Source: a virus
Lineage: Duplodnaviria; Caudoviricetes
IMG/VR virus record: IMGVR_UViG_3300012933_000129
Span: 1 to 26,158 of that record
Strand: one strand, 5' to 3'
DNA: 26,158 nt
The notes below the pieces were generated by a model. That model made no database searches. It had not been told where the DNA came from and was given only the letters and a program-made list of their open reading frames with translations. The stretch's first letter is position 1; the number at the start of each line of letters is the position of its first letter. Below are positions 9,529 through 17,395 of this stretch, piece by piece. Both the position numbers and the translations under genes were made by a program.

Positions 9529-10368
9529 TTAGGCTACTAAGTCGATGTTCATGATCACGCCATGACCAGCTTGTAGAACAGCAGCACCAGCAACACCAGT
9601 CAATACTACATCAGTAGCACGAGCAGCAGCTTGGCGTTGTTCTTCTAGGCTGATAGTACCTCGCATTGCGTGGCCTAAAGCTGATGGAGCAAATACAGCA
9701 CAAGTAGCAACACCTGTTGAATCGTTGTATGGAACCAATGCTGATTCGATAACTGTACAACCAGCGATTTGAGCAACGAAGTACTCACGCAAGATGCTGT
9801 CAGCTAATGAACCGCTTGATGTGTAAGCAGCAGCAGCAGTCAAAGCTTTCTTCAATTGGTTAGCAGCAGTTGGGTGAACAACAGCAAAGAAAGGACCAGT
9901 AACCTTGTTTGCACGGATAGCAGCAACGCGGTCCATGATGTCGGTGATTTCGAAGTCAGCTAAAGCGATAGCAGTAGCAGAACCACCTAAGCTAGAGAAC
10001 TTAGCGAACAATTGCTTGTCAATGCTTTCAGCAATAGCACGGCCTGATTGGTCACCCAATTGAGCCATAACATTACCGTATGCGCTGTCACGCAACATGT
10101 CTGTAACGCGGTGATAAACAACATGCTCTGTCAATGTGATAGAAGCTGAAGTTGTGTTGGTATCTGCAGCAGAAGCAGCAGACTCATCACTGATTTCTGA
10201 TGCAGCGATTGAAGACCAAACTGGAACTTGCAATACTTTACCAGCGTTAACTGGAGCATCAAATACAGTAGAGATCTGACGACCTACTGAGTTTTCGTAA
10301 GCACCGTATTGAGCGGCAGTTACTAGGTTAGCGAACAATTCGCTGTTAACTGAAGTTGTGTTAGACAT
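9529..10368 (-). CDS. Major capsid protein (HK97 fold), 279 aa
   Basis: GKVLQVPVW, GRAIAESIDKQLF, AVVHPT, QIAGCTVIES; strong AGGAGA RBS; follows scaffold. Confidence 0.9.
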   Translation of the reverse strand: MSNTTSVNSELFANLVTAAQYGAYENSVGRQISTVFDAPVNAGKVLQVPVWSSIAASEISDESAASAADTNTTSASITLTEHVVYHRVTDMLRDSAYGNVMAQLGDQSGRAIAESIDKQLFAKFSSLGGSATAIALADFEITDIMDRVAAIRANKVTGPFFAVVHPTAANQLKKALTAAAAYTSSGSLADSILREYFVAQIAGCTVIESALVPYNDSTGVATCAVFAPSALGHAMRGTISLEEQRQAAARATDVVLTGVAGAAVLQAGHGVIMNIDLVA

Positions 10369-10393
10369 TTATAAATCTCCTTAGATATTGTCT

Positions 10394-11074
10394 TTAAATT
10401 TTGCCTTTAGCGCGAGCCTCGGCGTAAAGTTTCCTGTGATCCGGATTCTTCATATCCAATTTAGAGATATCAATGCCGTTACTGACATTGTTCGCATGGC
10501 TGCTCTTAGTGTTTGTAGTACTCGGAGTAGCTTGGACAAAATGCGGATTCGAATCAAGGAATTCGCGCACTAAATCATTTACCCCTAATGCTTCACCTGC
10601 GTCGTTATATCTAACGCTGCCAGTAGCATCAACTACTTCTACTTCACCTTCACCATTAAGTCTTACATTTTGGGATAACAATGCTTTTACTTGTTCAGCG
10701 TTGACTGCACGGTATTGTGCTGCTGCTGATAGTAAAGGTGTGTTAACCTTGTATTCTTTAATGACGCTATCTCGTTTCTGGATTTCAGCATCCTTCTTAG
10801 CAGCTAATTCCTGTAGGGTTTTCTCAAATTCACCACGCTTGATTTGTCCTTCTACCTGACGCTTTTCAGCTTCAGCTTTTAGGTTGCGTAATTCTTCTGG
10901 ATCGCCTAGTTCTTCATAAGGTTTCAATAACTTTTTTTGCAATGAACCCTTCATACGGGCCATCATGTTATCTACTTCTTCTTGAGTGTAGGTTTTAGTT
11001 GCTTGTGCCTGATTTCCATCTTCTAGAGCTGCCGCATCAGTTGCGTTATCTGTTACCAATGTATTGTCTGACAT
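10394..11074 (-). CDS. Capsid scaffolding protein, 226 aa
   Basis: KTYTQEEVD motif, charged coiled coil, directly upstream of capsid; AGGAGG RBS. Confidence 0.85.
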   Translation of the reverse strand: MSDNTLVTDNATDAAALEDGNQAQATKTYTQEEVDNMMARMKGSLQKKLLKPYEELGDPEELRNLKAEAEKRQVEGQIKRGEFEKTLQELAAKKDAEIQKRDSVIKEYKVNTPLLSAAAQYRAVNAEQVKALLSQNVRLNGEGEVEVVDATGSVRYNDAGEALGVNDLVREFLDSNPHFVQATPSTTNTKSSHANNVSNGIDISKLDMKNPDHRKLYAEARAKGKI

Positions 11075-11104
11075 TGTGCATCGCCTCCTATGAGTATTAA
11101 CTAA

Positions 11105-11112
11105 TATTTATA
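11105..11112 (-). promoter_or_regulatory. Perfect T4 late promoter consensus TATAAATA upstream of the scaffold-capsid operon
   Basis: + strand tatttata in a 47-bp intergenic gap. Confidence 0.8.
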
Positions 11113-11121
11113 CAGAACAGG

Positions 11122-11361
11122 TTAAAACTTCATAATAATGGTTATAATAGCTCCGATTAAACTAGCTACTATAGTTCCCGTTGCTCCTATTATGACTTTA
11201 GCCATTGAGTTCTTTGATTCTTCTATTACTTTGCTTAGTTCGCTAACCTTCTCTTCGATGATAGTCAGCCTAGAGTCTAGTTGTGCATAGCGCATGGCAC
11301 ATAAGTCCACATGTGCTTCTAAGCTAGTTTTCTCTAATTCAGTTGTTGGTAGTTGTGTCAT
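11122..11361 (-). CDS. Coiled-coil protein with C-terminal transmembrane helix, holin/XhlA-like, 79 aa (start moved to MTQLPTT)
   Basis: SLEAHVDLCAMRY, a coiled coil, then VIIGATGTIVASLIGAIITIIMKF. The track's N-terminal extension overlaps hairpins and another micro-ORF. Confidence 0.6.
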   Translation of the reverse strand: MTQLPTTELEKTSLEAHVDLCAMRYAQLDSRLTIIEEKVSELSKVIEESKNSMAKVIIGATGTIVASLIGAIITIIMKF

Positions 11362-11367
11362 ATTGTG

Positions 11368-11400
11368 AGGGAGAGGGCCCTGCCCCCAATCCCTCTCCCT
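11368..11400 (-). promoter_or_regulatory. 10-bp GC-rich hairpin 6 nt upstream of the holin-like start
   Basis: AGGGAGAGGG / CCCTCTCCCT perfect inverted repeat (11368-11377, 11391-11400). Confidence 0.65.
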
Positions 11401-11422
11401 TAAAGTGCCGAGTCGCTCCCGG

Positions 11423-11494
11423 TTAATGTTGTCCGTATGGATTGACGGGCTTATCATATCCGTCATCCTCTGGGTATACTGGATATGTGTCCAT
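11423..11494 (-). CDS. Acidic Pro/Tyr-rich micro-ORF, 23 aa
   Basis: MDTYPVYPEDDGYDKPVNPYGQH*; TAATG overlap with the previous micro-ORF. Confidence 0.6.
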   Translation of the reverse strand: MDTYPVYPEDDGYDKPVNPYGQH

Positions 11495-11562
11495 TATCTC
11501 TTTGGTGGTTTCTTTCTGTTCTTGGCAGTTCTACTGCCTCTTGTTGGGTACGGTCTGTTCAT
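11494..11562 (-). CDS. Basic micro-ORF, 22 aa
   Basis: MNRPYPTRGSRTAKNRKKPPKR*; starts 1 nt after the portal stop with an AAGGTGG RBS. Confidence 0.65.
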   Translation of the reverse strand: MNRPYPTRGSRTAKNRKKPPKR

Positions 11563-11563
11563 A

Positions 11564-13042
11564 TTATCCACCTTTATGCATGTAACCTAATGCAGCGTAG
11601 TCTAAATGCTCTTGCTCAGTACGGGCAATGTATTCAGTACCTGTAGCTGGATCAATCATAACATGTGCTTCGAATGGTACCACAGCAGGCATCATAGCAG
11701 GAGCCATCTCTGGCATAATGATATCAGCATCTTCGCCTAGTAGTTCTACTAGTTCGTGGTCAATAACAGCTAGTACACGAGGATCAGTAGCAGCAGACTT
11801 GGCCTTGACCAATTGATCTACTTCAGCTTGTGTATCACGCATGTTAAAGCTGCCAGGATAGTCAATTGAACCTTCCCATGCATAGCCCATGTAAGCGCAC
11901 CAAATCTTCCAAATCTGTTCTTCTGCAAGTTCGATGTTGTCTGCTTTTTCTGATAGTCTAGCGTTTAACAATTGGAATTCTGTTTCCATTGCAACACCAC
12001 TTAGTGTGCGTGACTCTGTTGCACGGACAGCACCAGTATTAGCCATCTTGTCGATACTGTCAATAGTATGCTTGATGCTTAGGTAAATGCTGTCAACACT
12101 AGCGCCACCATATTCAAGCAAGTATGGTTTTAAGCCTGGGTCCAAGTTTTCTGGCATATGGATCAAACTACCGGCTCCAATGCCTGCTGCTGTCTCAGGA
12201 GTCTTGACAAGTGATGGATGTGAATCAAGTCTTATAGACTGTTCTACTTCGCTAGTTGCATTATAGATAAACTTCTGTGCGTCAGCGATGTCAGCAATAT
12301 CACTAACACCAATGCCGCGGACTGTACTGCGTCCGTTGTAACAAATAACAGCAGGGATCATACCCAAGCCGTTGATTTCAATAATATCTTCGTTGACTGT
12401 GTTATCAGCGATATTGACCACAGTAGTGCGTACAGTTTCTTGTGTCCATTCTTTTACAGTGCGGACATCACCGTTAACATCTTCTAAGTACTTGAAGTAA
12501 GTTAATTCAAAGCGTCCACTTGGCATGCGGCTCCACTGCCAGTCAAGTACTACCATAGGTGTTAACAAGCTAACATATGGACGAACACCCATAGCAACTT
12601 CATCAGCACGGGTAATAGCACCAACATCTGGCTTGGCAATAATGACCCAAGCATGTCCAAATACTGAGCTCCATGTGGCAACATCCTTCATGAATGCATC
12701 TAATGAGCGCCCATCAAAGTCTGCATCCTTCAAGTATTCTTTAAGTTCTGGCATTAATTCAATAGCACCAAACTCACGCTTAGGTTGGTTACGGAATAAG
12801 AAGCTGTTGTATACTGAAATAACACTTTGGCAGTGGTTATCAAGTGGGGTGCTCTTCAAACGCGAGTTATACTCTCCATCAGTCTCTAGCTGATAGCGTG
12901 TCAAATGCCCTGCTTGTCTGTATTCTTCACCGCCTAGATATGACTCTAGTAAGTATTTCCATTGTGTAATATAACTATTATAAATTTTGTTGCCGGAAAT
13001 GACTGCGGCAATCTCTTGAGTTAATGTTTGTGTAACATTCAT
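11564..13042 (-). CDS. Portal protein (SPP1 gp6-like), 492 aa
   Basis: Follows TerL; DADFDG, GLGMIPAV, GIGVSDIADIAD, SGVAMETEFQLLNARL. Confidence 0.9.
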   Translation of the reverse strand: MNVTQTLTQEIAAVISGNKIYNSYITQWKYLLESYLGGEEYRQAGHLTRYQLETDGEYNSRLKSTPLDNHCQSVISVYNSFLFRNQPKREFGAIELMPELKEYLKDADFDGRSLDAFMKDVATWSSVFGHAWVIIAKPDVGAITRADEVAMGVRPYVSLLTPMVVLDWQWSRMPSGRFELTYFKYLEDVNGDVRTVKEWTQETVRTTVVNIADNTVNEDIIEINGLGMIPAVICYNGRSTVRGIGVSDIADIADAQKFIYNATSEVEQSIRLDSHPSLVKTPETAAGIGAGSLIHMPENLDPGLKPYLLEYGGASVDSIYLSIKHTIDSIDKMANTGAVRATESRTLSGVAMETEFQLLNARLSEKADNIELAEEQIWKIWCAYMGYAWEGSIDYPGSFNMRDTQAEVDQLVKAKSAATDPRVLAVIDHELVELLGEDADIIMPEMAPAMMPAVVPFEAHVMIDPATGTEYIARTEQEHLDYAALGYMHKGG

Positions 13043-13057
13043 TTTTAATTTCCTTGG

Positions 13058-14293
13058 TTAAGCTAGGGCATGTCCCCAACGCTGTGGTACTAGTAATGCA
13101 GGATCAACATCGCGTTTAACTGGGAACATGTAGTCAACCATGTAACCTAGTGCGTCCATCATGTGATCGTAACCACTTTCTTTGTCCGGTTGGGTAGTCC
13201 CTTCCTTGTAAGTTTGACGCTCTAATCCTTCTATCGTGTATTTACACTTGGGATGAATATTCAAGTGTCTAATGCCAGTTGCTGAACATAGTCTAGCATT
13301 GACGGCGTTAATTCTATCTCTAACTGGAGTATGGCTGTTAGGAACTTTGACTACAAACCCCGCGTTCTGGAGAATGAGCAAGTCAGTAGTGCCGCCAGCT
13401 GAGGTTTTTCTTTGTCTTGAGGCTGGGTCTGGGAATGCCCAGATGCGACTTTTTGGGTATCGGCTCTTAATTTCATCCACTGCTTCTTGGGTGTTAGAAG
13501 AAAACATTCGGATCTCATCAATGACATTTAAACTATCTCCTTGGCGTACTGCAATTACAACGGACATAGGGTCAATGTTAAAATCCCATCCTGTGTATAT
13601 TACTGATAAATCAATTGCTTCTGGAGGCTTAGTGTTCTCTACTCTATCAAATGAGTAATAGATCCTGCCTGCGTATGTCTCGAATGTTGCTAAGAATTCT
13701 TGTCTAAACTGTCTTTCGTCTAGGTCTTTTCTAGCGGCTTCTATTTCTTCTGCTTTAACATTGCCACCGTCAATAGTGGTAAATTGGAATGACTTCCAGC
13801 TATCACTTTCTAATGCCATTTGGTACAGGTCATACGCCCAGTTGGCAATGCCTTTAGGAGTACCAATAAACAAAGCCTTGCCTTGTTTGTCAGCTAGGGT
13901 AGGACGCAGTACTTCAAAGAACGCTTCAGGGCGTATGTCAGCAAACTCATCCATGATCAAGTAATCAAGTCCAACACCACGCAGGCTGTCTTCATTGTCT
14001 GCACCTTTAAGTGAGATTGTTGAGTTGTTCTTTAGTGTGATGCTAAGTTCGGATTCGTTAGCTTTCTTAATCCAGCGTAGGTCTTGCAAGCGTTGCTTTA
14101 GCTTGCGCCATACAATCATCTTAGCTTGTTTGTAAGTAGGAGCAATGTACCAAACTTCTTGGTTAGGTATGCGAGCGTGATAGCATAGTTCTCTAATAGC
14201 CAAGAATGTTTTACCAAAGCGTCGTCCAGCAATAACCACCTTAAATCGGTGGTCATCTTCTACAATAGTAGTCTGTGGAGCTGTCAGCTTCAT
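13058..14293 (-). CDS. terL: Terminase large subunit, 411 aa (start moved to MKLTAPQ)
   Basis: Walker A AGRRFGKT, Walker B YLIMDE, GTP coupling motif, RNase H-like GWDFN...DHMMDALGY; ATGA overlap with the TerS stop. Confidence 0.96.
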   Translation of the reverse strand: MKLTAPQTTIVEDDHRFKVVIAGRRFGKTFLAIRELCYHARIPNQEVWYIAPTYKQAKMIVWRKLKQRLQDLRWIKKANESELSITLKNNSTISLKGADNEDSLRGVGLDYLIMDEFADIRPEAFFEVLRPTLADKQGKALFIGTPKGIANWAYDLYQMALESDSWKSFQFTTIDGGNVKAEEIEAARKDLDERQFRQEFLATFETYAGRIYYSFDRVENTKPPEAIDLSVIYTGWDFNIDPMSVVIAVRQGDSLNVIDEIRMFSSNTQEAVDEIKSRYPKSRIWAFPDPASRQRKTSAGGTTDLLILQNAGFVVKVPNSHTPVRDRINAVNARLCSATGIRHLNIHPKCKYTIEGLERQTYKEGTTQPDKESGYDHMMDALGYMVDYMFPVKRDVDPALLVPQRWGHALA

Positions 14294-14715
14294 TCTACTG
14301 ATTCCCAAGGTAGTGGAGTATTAGCTTGGCTTTCAGTTGGAGCATCACTTTGTCCTAGTATGTTCTTACCTAACCAAATCAACATAACAGCATTGCCTGA
14401 TAAGGCTAGGCTTAGTTGTGCTCTGCGTAATGACTGCTTCAGTGATTCGCGGCCTTTTGTTATTTGATCCGCAAAGTTGTAGCGTAGAGTATCCTGCTTA
14501 ATGCCAAACCAGTCAGCAATTTCACTGTCCTTGCATCCTAAGGCAGCTAGCTTTTCTACTTCAACTGGATCAATAACCTTTTTATCACGGCCTACAGGGA
14601 TACCTTGGTATTCAGCTGTAACTAGCTCTTTAGGCTTAGGGCCTGTTTTACCCGGGGCATGTAGTACACCTTGTGCTTCTACTGTGGTGGGGTTACTGTT
14701 GGTGTTTTCTTCCAT
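14290..14715 (-). CDS. terS: Terminase small subunit with HTH, 141 aa (start moved to MEENTN)
   Basis: VEKLAALGCKDSEIADWFGI HTH and GNAVMLIWLGKNILGQSD; directly upstream of TerL. Confidence 0.85.
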   Translation of the reverse strand: MEENTNSNPTTVEAQGVLHAPGKTGPKPKELVTAEYQGIPVGRDKKVIDPVEVEKLAALGCKDSEIADWFGIKQDTLRYNFADQITKGRESLKQSLRRAQLSLALSGNAVMLIWLGKNILGQSDAPTESQANTPLPWESVE

Positions 14716-14719
14716 ACAG

Positions 14720-14725
14720 TATTTA
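14720..14725 (-). promoter_or_regulatory. Late-type promoter aaTAAATA-ctgt-ATG (probable leaderless terS mRNA)
   Basis: 4 nt from the ATG, no SD, just downstream of a terminator. Confidence 0.7.
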
Positions 14726-14731
14726 TTAATA

Positions 14732-14761
14732 GCCAAAGAAAAGCCCCTGATAAAAGGGGCT
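14732..14761 (-). terminator. Intrinsic terminator
   Basis: AGCCCCT-TTTATC-AGGGGCT followed by TTTCTTTGGC. Confidence 0.85.
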
Positions 14762-14809
14762 AATCTAGTAATCGGAGAAATTACATGCCGGACCTACTAA
14801 AATCCTGCT
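14735..14809 (-). ncRNA. Candidate ~70-nt small RNA with an anti-RBS loop
   Basis: Bounded by TAAATA (14813-14818) and the terminator; imperfect stem 14766-14775/14788-14799 around CATGTAATTTCTCC. Confidence 0.4.
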
Positions 14810-14815
14810 GAGTAT

Positions 14816-15034
14816 TTACCTGGGTTTGTCTGGATTCACTATAAATTGATGTACTAGCTTCTGCAGGTTAAGCAAGTGCTGCTGTGTCTTCTGTTGGCTA
14901 ATCAATGCTTCTGTGAATTCTTTCTGTGTTCTTTCGTAGTCTTTAGCTAGTCTGTTGTGAGCTTGTTCAAGCCGATGCAAGCGTTCATTCATACTGATTA
15001 GTGCATCATAAGGGTCAAAATCATTATTCATCAT
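14816..15034 (-). CDS. Hypothetical coiled-coil protein, 72 aa
   Basis: Track ORF with FDPYD motif, heptad pattern and a GGAG RBS. Confidence 0.75.
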   Translation of the reverse strand: MMNNDFDPYDALISMNERLHRLEQAHNRLAKDYERTQKEFTEALISQQKTQQHLLNLQKLVHQFIVNPDKPR

Positions 15035-15446
15035 ATTCCATTAGATCCGAAAAGTTATTAGGGTTAGCATCAAATGTTTGTACTAGTTCAAACTCATAAG
15101 CAGTACCTTGGAACAGTTTGTTCCAGCGTTCAATTGGTGCTAGGGCAAAATCTTTGGGTAATCCACCTTTCTTCTTGCCGTTAGCTTCATTAACTATGTC
15201 TGTGATAATGTCAGTGGCTGTTCTATTAGTGCCTGTGCTAGTTTTAAAGCCTTTAAGTGGTACACGCACAAAATCAAGCCATTCTTGATCTGTTTCTACT
15301 GCATCAGCTATTTCAGTGACTGCTTGCCTAATGAACTTGACTAGTTCTTTGCGTTGTTCTAGTGTTTGCTTAACATAGGTCGTTGCATAAGGACGATCAT
15401 CCCTAGGCAACATCTTGTCTAACTTTTGGTATCTAATGGTTTTCAT
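15024..15446 (-). CDS. Hypothetical protein, 140 aa
   Basis: Track ORF; TAATG-coupled to the upstream gene. Confidence 0.75.
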   Translation of the reverse strand: MKTIRYQKLDKMLPRDDRPYATTYVKQTLEQRKELVKFIRQAVTEIADAVETDQEWLDFVRVPLKGFKTSTGTNRTATDIITDIVNEANGKKKGGLPKDFALAPIERWNKLFQGTAYEFELVQTFDANPNNFSDLMEYDE

Positions 15447-15664
15447 TACTGCGCCCTCGTTGTAGTCAGTGGACGCCCTGTAGTATAGTCACGGGTTACA
15501 TAGCGTTTACCTGAACCGCCTCCGCACCAGCTAGGCTGTTTAAAGTCTTTGACTCGATAATAGTTTTGGCATGGATCATTGCTGTCGTACATGTTAGCTA
15601 GGAATGCAGGGGGCGTTGCACATCCAGTTAAAAGTACTGCCAGTACTAGAGTAAGGGTTTTCAT
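15446..15664 (-). CDS. Small lipoprotein, 72 aa
   Basis: MKTLTLVLAVLLTG-C lipobox signal peptide plus two more cysteines. Confidence 0.8.
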   Translation of the reverse strand: MKTLTLVLAVLLTGCATPPAFLANMYDSNDPCQNYYRVKDFKQPSWCGGGSGKRYVTRDYTTGRPLTTTRAQ

Positions 15665-16107
15665 TTACGCACCTTTACTGGATTAATTGGTTTAAGTGGG
15701 CGTCCTGTCTTTGGGCCGCGGTAACTAGGGTTACTTCTGTTGGCCTGTTGTCTTTGTAGGTGTTCAAGTCTAGTTACAATAGTCACATTACCCAAAGTCC
15801 AAGCACCATCATAATCATCACGAGTCATGCACATGTTATCTGGTTGGCGACCGCGGTTCTTCCACTCATCTTTCCACAGTTCATAAAACTGTTCAAATGT
15901 TAGATCCCAGCCTTCATTTCTAAATCTAGCTTGTGCTGATGCTCTTTGCCAAGGCATGTACATTGAGTGCTTGTATTCATCAGGACCGCACATCCATACA
16001 TGTGGTCTTGGGCCCCGTCCGCCATTAGTCGGGGCTTTCACTGGTTTATTTGGGTTAGGCTTTCTACCAGCTTTCTTAGCAGGTGTGCCGTCTTTCTTTA
16101 ATCTCAT
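15661..16107 (-). CDS. HNH-like (beta-beta-alpha) nuclease-fold / DNA-binding protein with basic AT-hook-like N-terminus, 148 aa
   Basis: KKDGTPAKKAGRKP; AQARFRNEGWDLTFEQF...MTRDDYDGAWTLGNV resembles phage HNH-related proteins. Confidence 0.55.
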   Translation of the reverse strand: MRLKKDGTPAKKAGRKPNPNKPVKAPTNGGRGPRPHVWMCGPDEYKHSMYMPWQRASAQARFRNEGWDLTFEQFYELWKDEWKNRGRQPDNMCMTRDDYDGAWTLGNVTIVTRLEHLQRQQANRSNPSYRGPKTGRPLKPINPVKVRK

Positions 16108-16128
16108 ATCTATTAATCTCCTACATTA

Positions 16129-16136
16129 TATTTATA
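16129..16136 (-). promoter_or_regulatory. Perfect T4 late promoter consensus TATAAATA
   Basis: TATAAATA-TAATGT-AGGAG-N9-ATG, immediately after a terminator. Confidence 0.8.
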
Positions 16137-16143
16137 CAAGGGC

Positions 16144-16168
16144 AATAAAAAGAGCCGATAAAGGCTCT
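16144..16168 (-). terminator. Intrinsic terminator
   Basis: AGAGCC-TTTATC-GGCTCT followed by TTTTATT; same loop as the 14742-14761 hairpin. Confidence 0.85.
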
Positions 16169-16176
16169 AATCTGCA

Positions 16177-16386
16177 TCATTTGATGGGCCATTCTAAGTG
16201 GAATACTTCTACTCTATTACCTTTGAGTAATTCCATGGTCTGCTGATGCTGTGCTTGTTCTAGGCTTTTACAAAATCCAGTACCGAACTCACTGCTGGCC
16301 AAGGCTTGAAAATTAAATGTGCCACTAGTGCCTTGCTGTATCAAGATCCAAAGATCTATATGTCCTGATCGTTCAACGGGTTTCAT
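16177..16386 (-). CDS. Hypothetical protein, 69 aa
   Basis: Track ORF co-oriented in the cluster and ending just before a terminator. Confidence 0.7.
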   Translation of the reverse strand: MKPVERSGHIDLWILIQQGTSGTFNFQALASSEFGTGFCKSLEQAQHQQTMELLKGNRVEVFHLEWPIK

Positions 16387-16573
16387 TTAGTCTACTTTTA
16401 TAGTAATCCGGAATTGTTTGCGTAACCAACTTATGTAAGCTGGGCTGGGGTTTGTTCTTGTTCTTTGCCTGTTGATCCAAGAGCGGATCTGCTGGGGTGT
16501 AGGGCCATTCTCCTTGTTTGGAGCTCCACTCTTCCCATTCTTTACTGTACTCATCGTATTCTGCCTTGGTCAT
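16373..16573 (-). CDS. Hypothetical protein, 66 aa (acidic/Trp-rich N-terminus)
   Basis: Track ORF with an AAGG RBS. Confidence 0.65.
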   Translation of the reverse strand: MTKAEYDEYSKEWEEWSSKQGEWPYTPADPLLDQQAKNKNKPQPSLHKLVTQTIPDYYKSRLNETR

Positions 16574-16642
16574 ATTAGCCTTAGTAAGTATAGGCAGGAT
16601 CCGGAGAATCTCCTGTTATGTTAATTCTGCTGCCTATACTTA

Positions 16643-16671
16643 ATAATACGCTCTTATGTATTTACAGTCAA
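16643..16671 (-). promoter_or_regulatory. Sigma70-like promoter TTGACT-N17-TATTAT with a TAAATA site (16659-16664) inside the spacer
   Basis: -35 at 16666-16671 and -10 at 16643-16648, both 5/6 matches to consensus, 17-nt spacer. Confidence 0.65.
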
Positions 16672-16672
16672 C

Positions 16673-17032
16673 TCACTTGGCTCGATTTCTTCGGGCTTTT
16701 GCTCGTTTTTTGGCTCTTTCGGCTCGTTCTTCTGGTGTTCTATGAGTTGGATGCAGTACGGGTTTATGAGTTTGGACATAGGTTTCAAAGTTAGCCAATA
16801 TGTTAGTAAGTCTATTGGGTGTAATCTTATTCCTAGCTTGGTTGTTTTCTAGTGCGCCAATGTAAGCATTGCAACCTCTATGTAGGACACTGCGAATGTA
16901 TCCTGACTTGTGGTGATGATCTAGTACTGCTTCTCCGTCTGCAATGGGTTCTCTGCATAAGGCACATAAACCCTGCTGTTCGTCTAGGTACTGCTTGCGT
17001 AGGGGTGCGATGTCTTTGGGTTTAGCTCGCAT
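16673..17032 (-). CDS. Recombination endonuclease VII family protein, 119 aa
   Basis: QQGLCALC...VLDHHHKSGYIRSVLHRGCNAYIG matches the CxxC...DHDH...RGLLCxxCN pattern of the T4 gp49 family. Confidence 0.88.
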   Translation of the reverse strand: MRAKPKDIAPLRKQYLDEQQGLCALCREPIADGEAVLDHHHKSGYIRSVLHRGCNAYIGALENNQARNKITPNRLTNILANFETYVQTHKPVLHPTHRTPEERAERAKKRAKARRNRAK

Positions 17033-17219
17033 TTGAACATCTGGTTAGTATGGCATGCAGATAGTCTTTCTGCTTTTCAGTGATAGGTTTGCCAGTTCTG
17101 TGCTGTAAGCATACGCTGGCTACAAATCCTATGGCGCTGGCATCTGTTTTCCAATTTTGTAAGCTACTGGTAGTTAACCAACGATTGGCATTGGCAAATA
17201 GCTCATCATCTGTGATCAT
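17022..17219 (-). CDS. Hypothetical protein, 65 aa
   Basis: Track ORF; FVAS...ITEKQKDYL; ATGA-coupled to the upstream ORF. Confidence 0.7.
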   Translation of the reverse strand: MITDDELFANANRWLTTSSLQNWKTDASAIGFVASVCLQHRTGKPITEKQKDYLHAILTRCSNAS

Positions 17220-17395
17220 TCGAATATATCTCCGTGCATGATTGCCAAGCGGGTATGAGTCTTTGATCCTTTCAAAATAAAGAAGCAGAAGTAATCTTCA
17301 CGCCATTCGCAATCTGGTGCAGTATGTAGCCATTCAACAAGATCACGATTCAGTAATCTCATCATGTCTATTCGTATGTATTCCAGTTTGATCAT
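17216..17395 (-). CDS. Hypothetical protein, up to 59 aa (not in track; start uncertain)
   Basis: MIKLEYIRIDMMRLLNRDLVEWLHTAPDCEWREDYFCFFILKGSKTHTRLAIMHGDIFE*; its stop overlaps the next ATG. Confidence 0.6.
   Translation of the reverse strand: MIKLEYIRIDMMRLLNRDLVEWLHTAPDCEWREDYFCFFILKGSKTHTRLAIMHGDIFE

Noticed and set aside
11362-11466. Track's 35-aa N-terminal extension of the holin-like ORF
   Set aside because: It runs through two hairpins and overlaps a better-coupled micro-ORF. A similar over-extension applies to track starts at 4134, 14308 and 14736.
16618-16794. Hydrophobic plus-strand ORF (MLILLPILNN...) as a type I toxin
   Set aside because: Its hydrophobicity follows from being antisense to the Lys/Arg-rich end of endonuclease VII, and no plus-strand promoter is evident.
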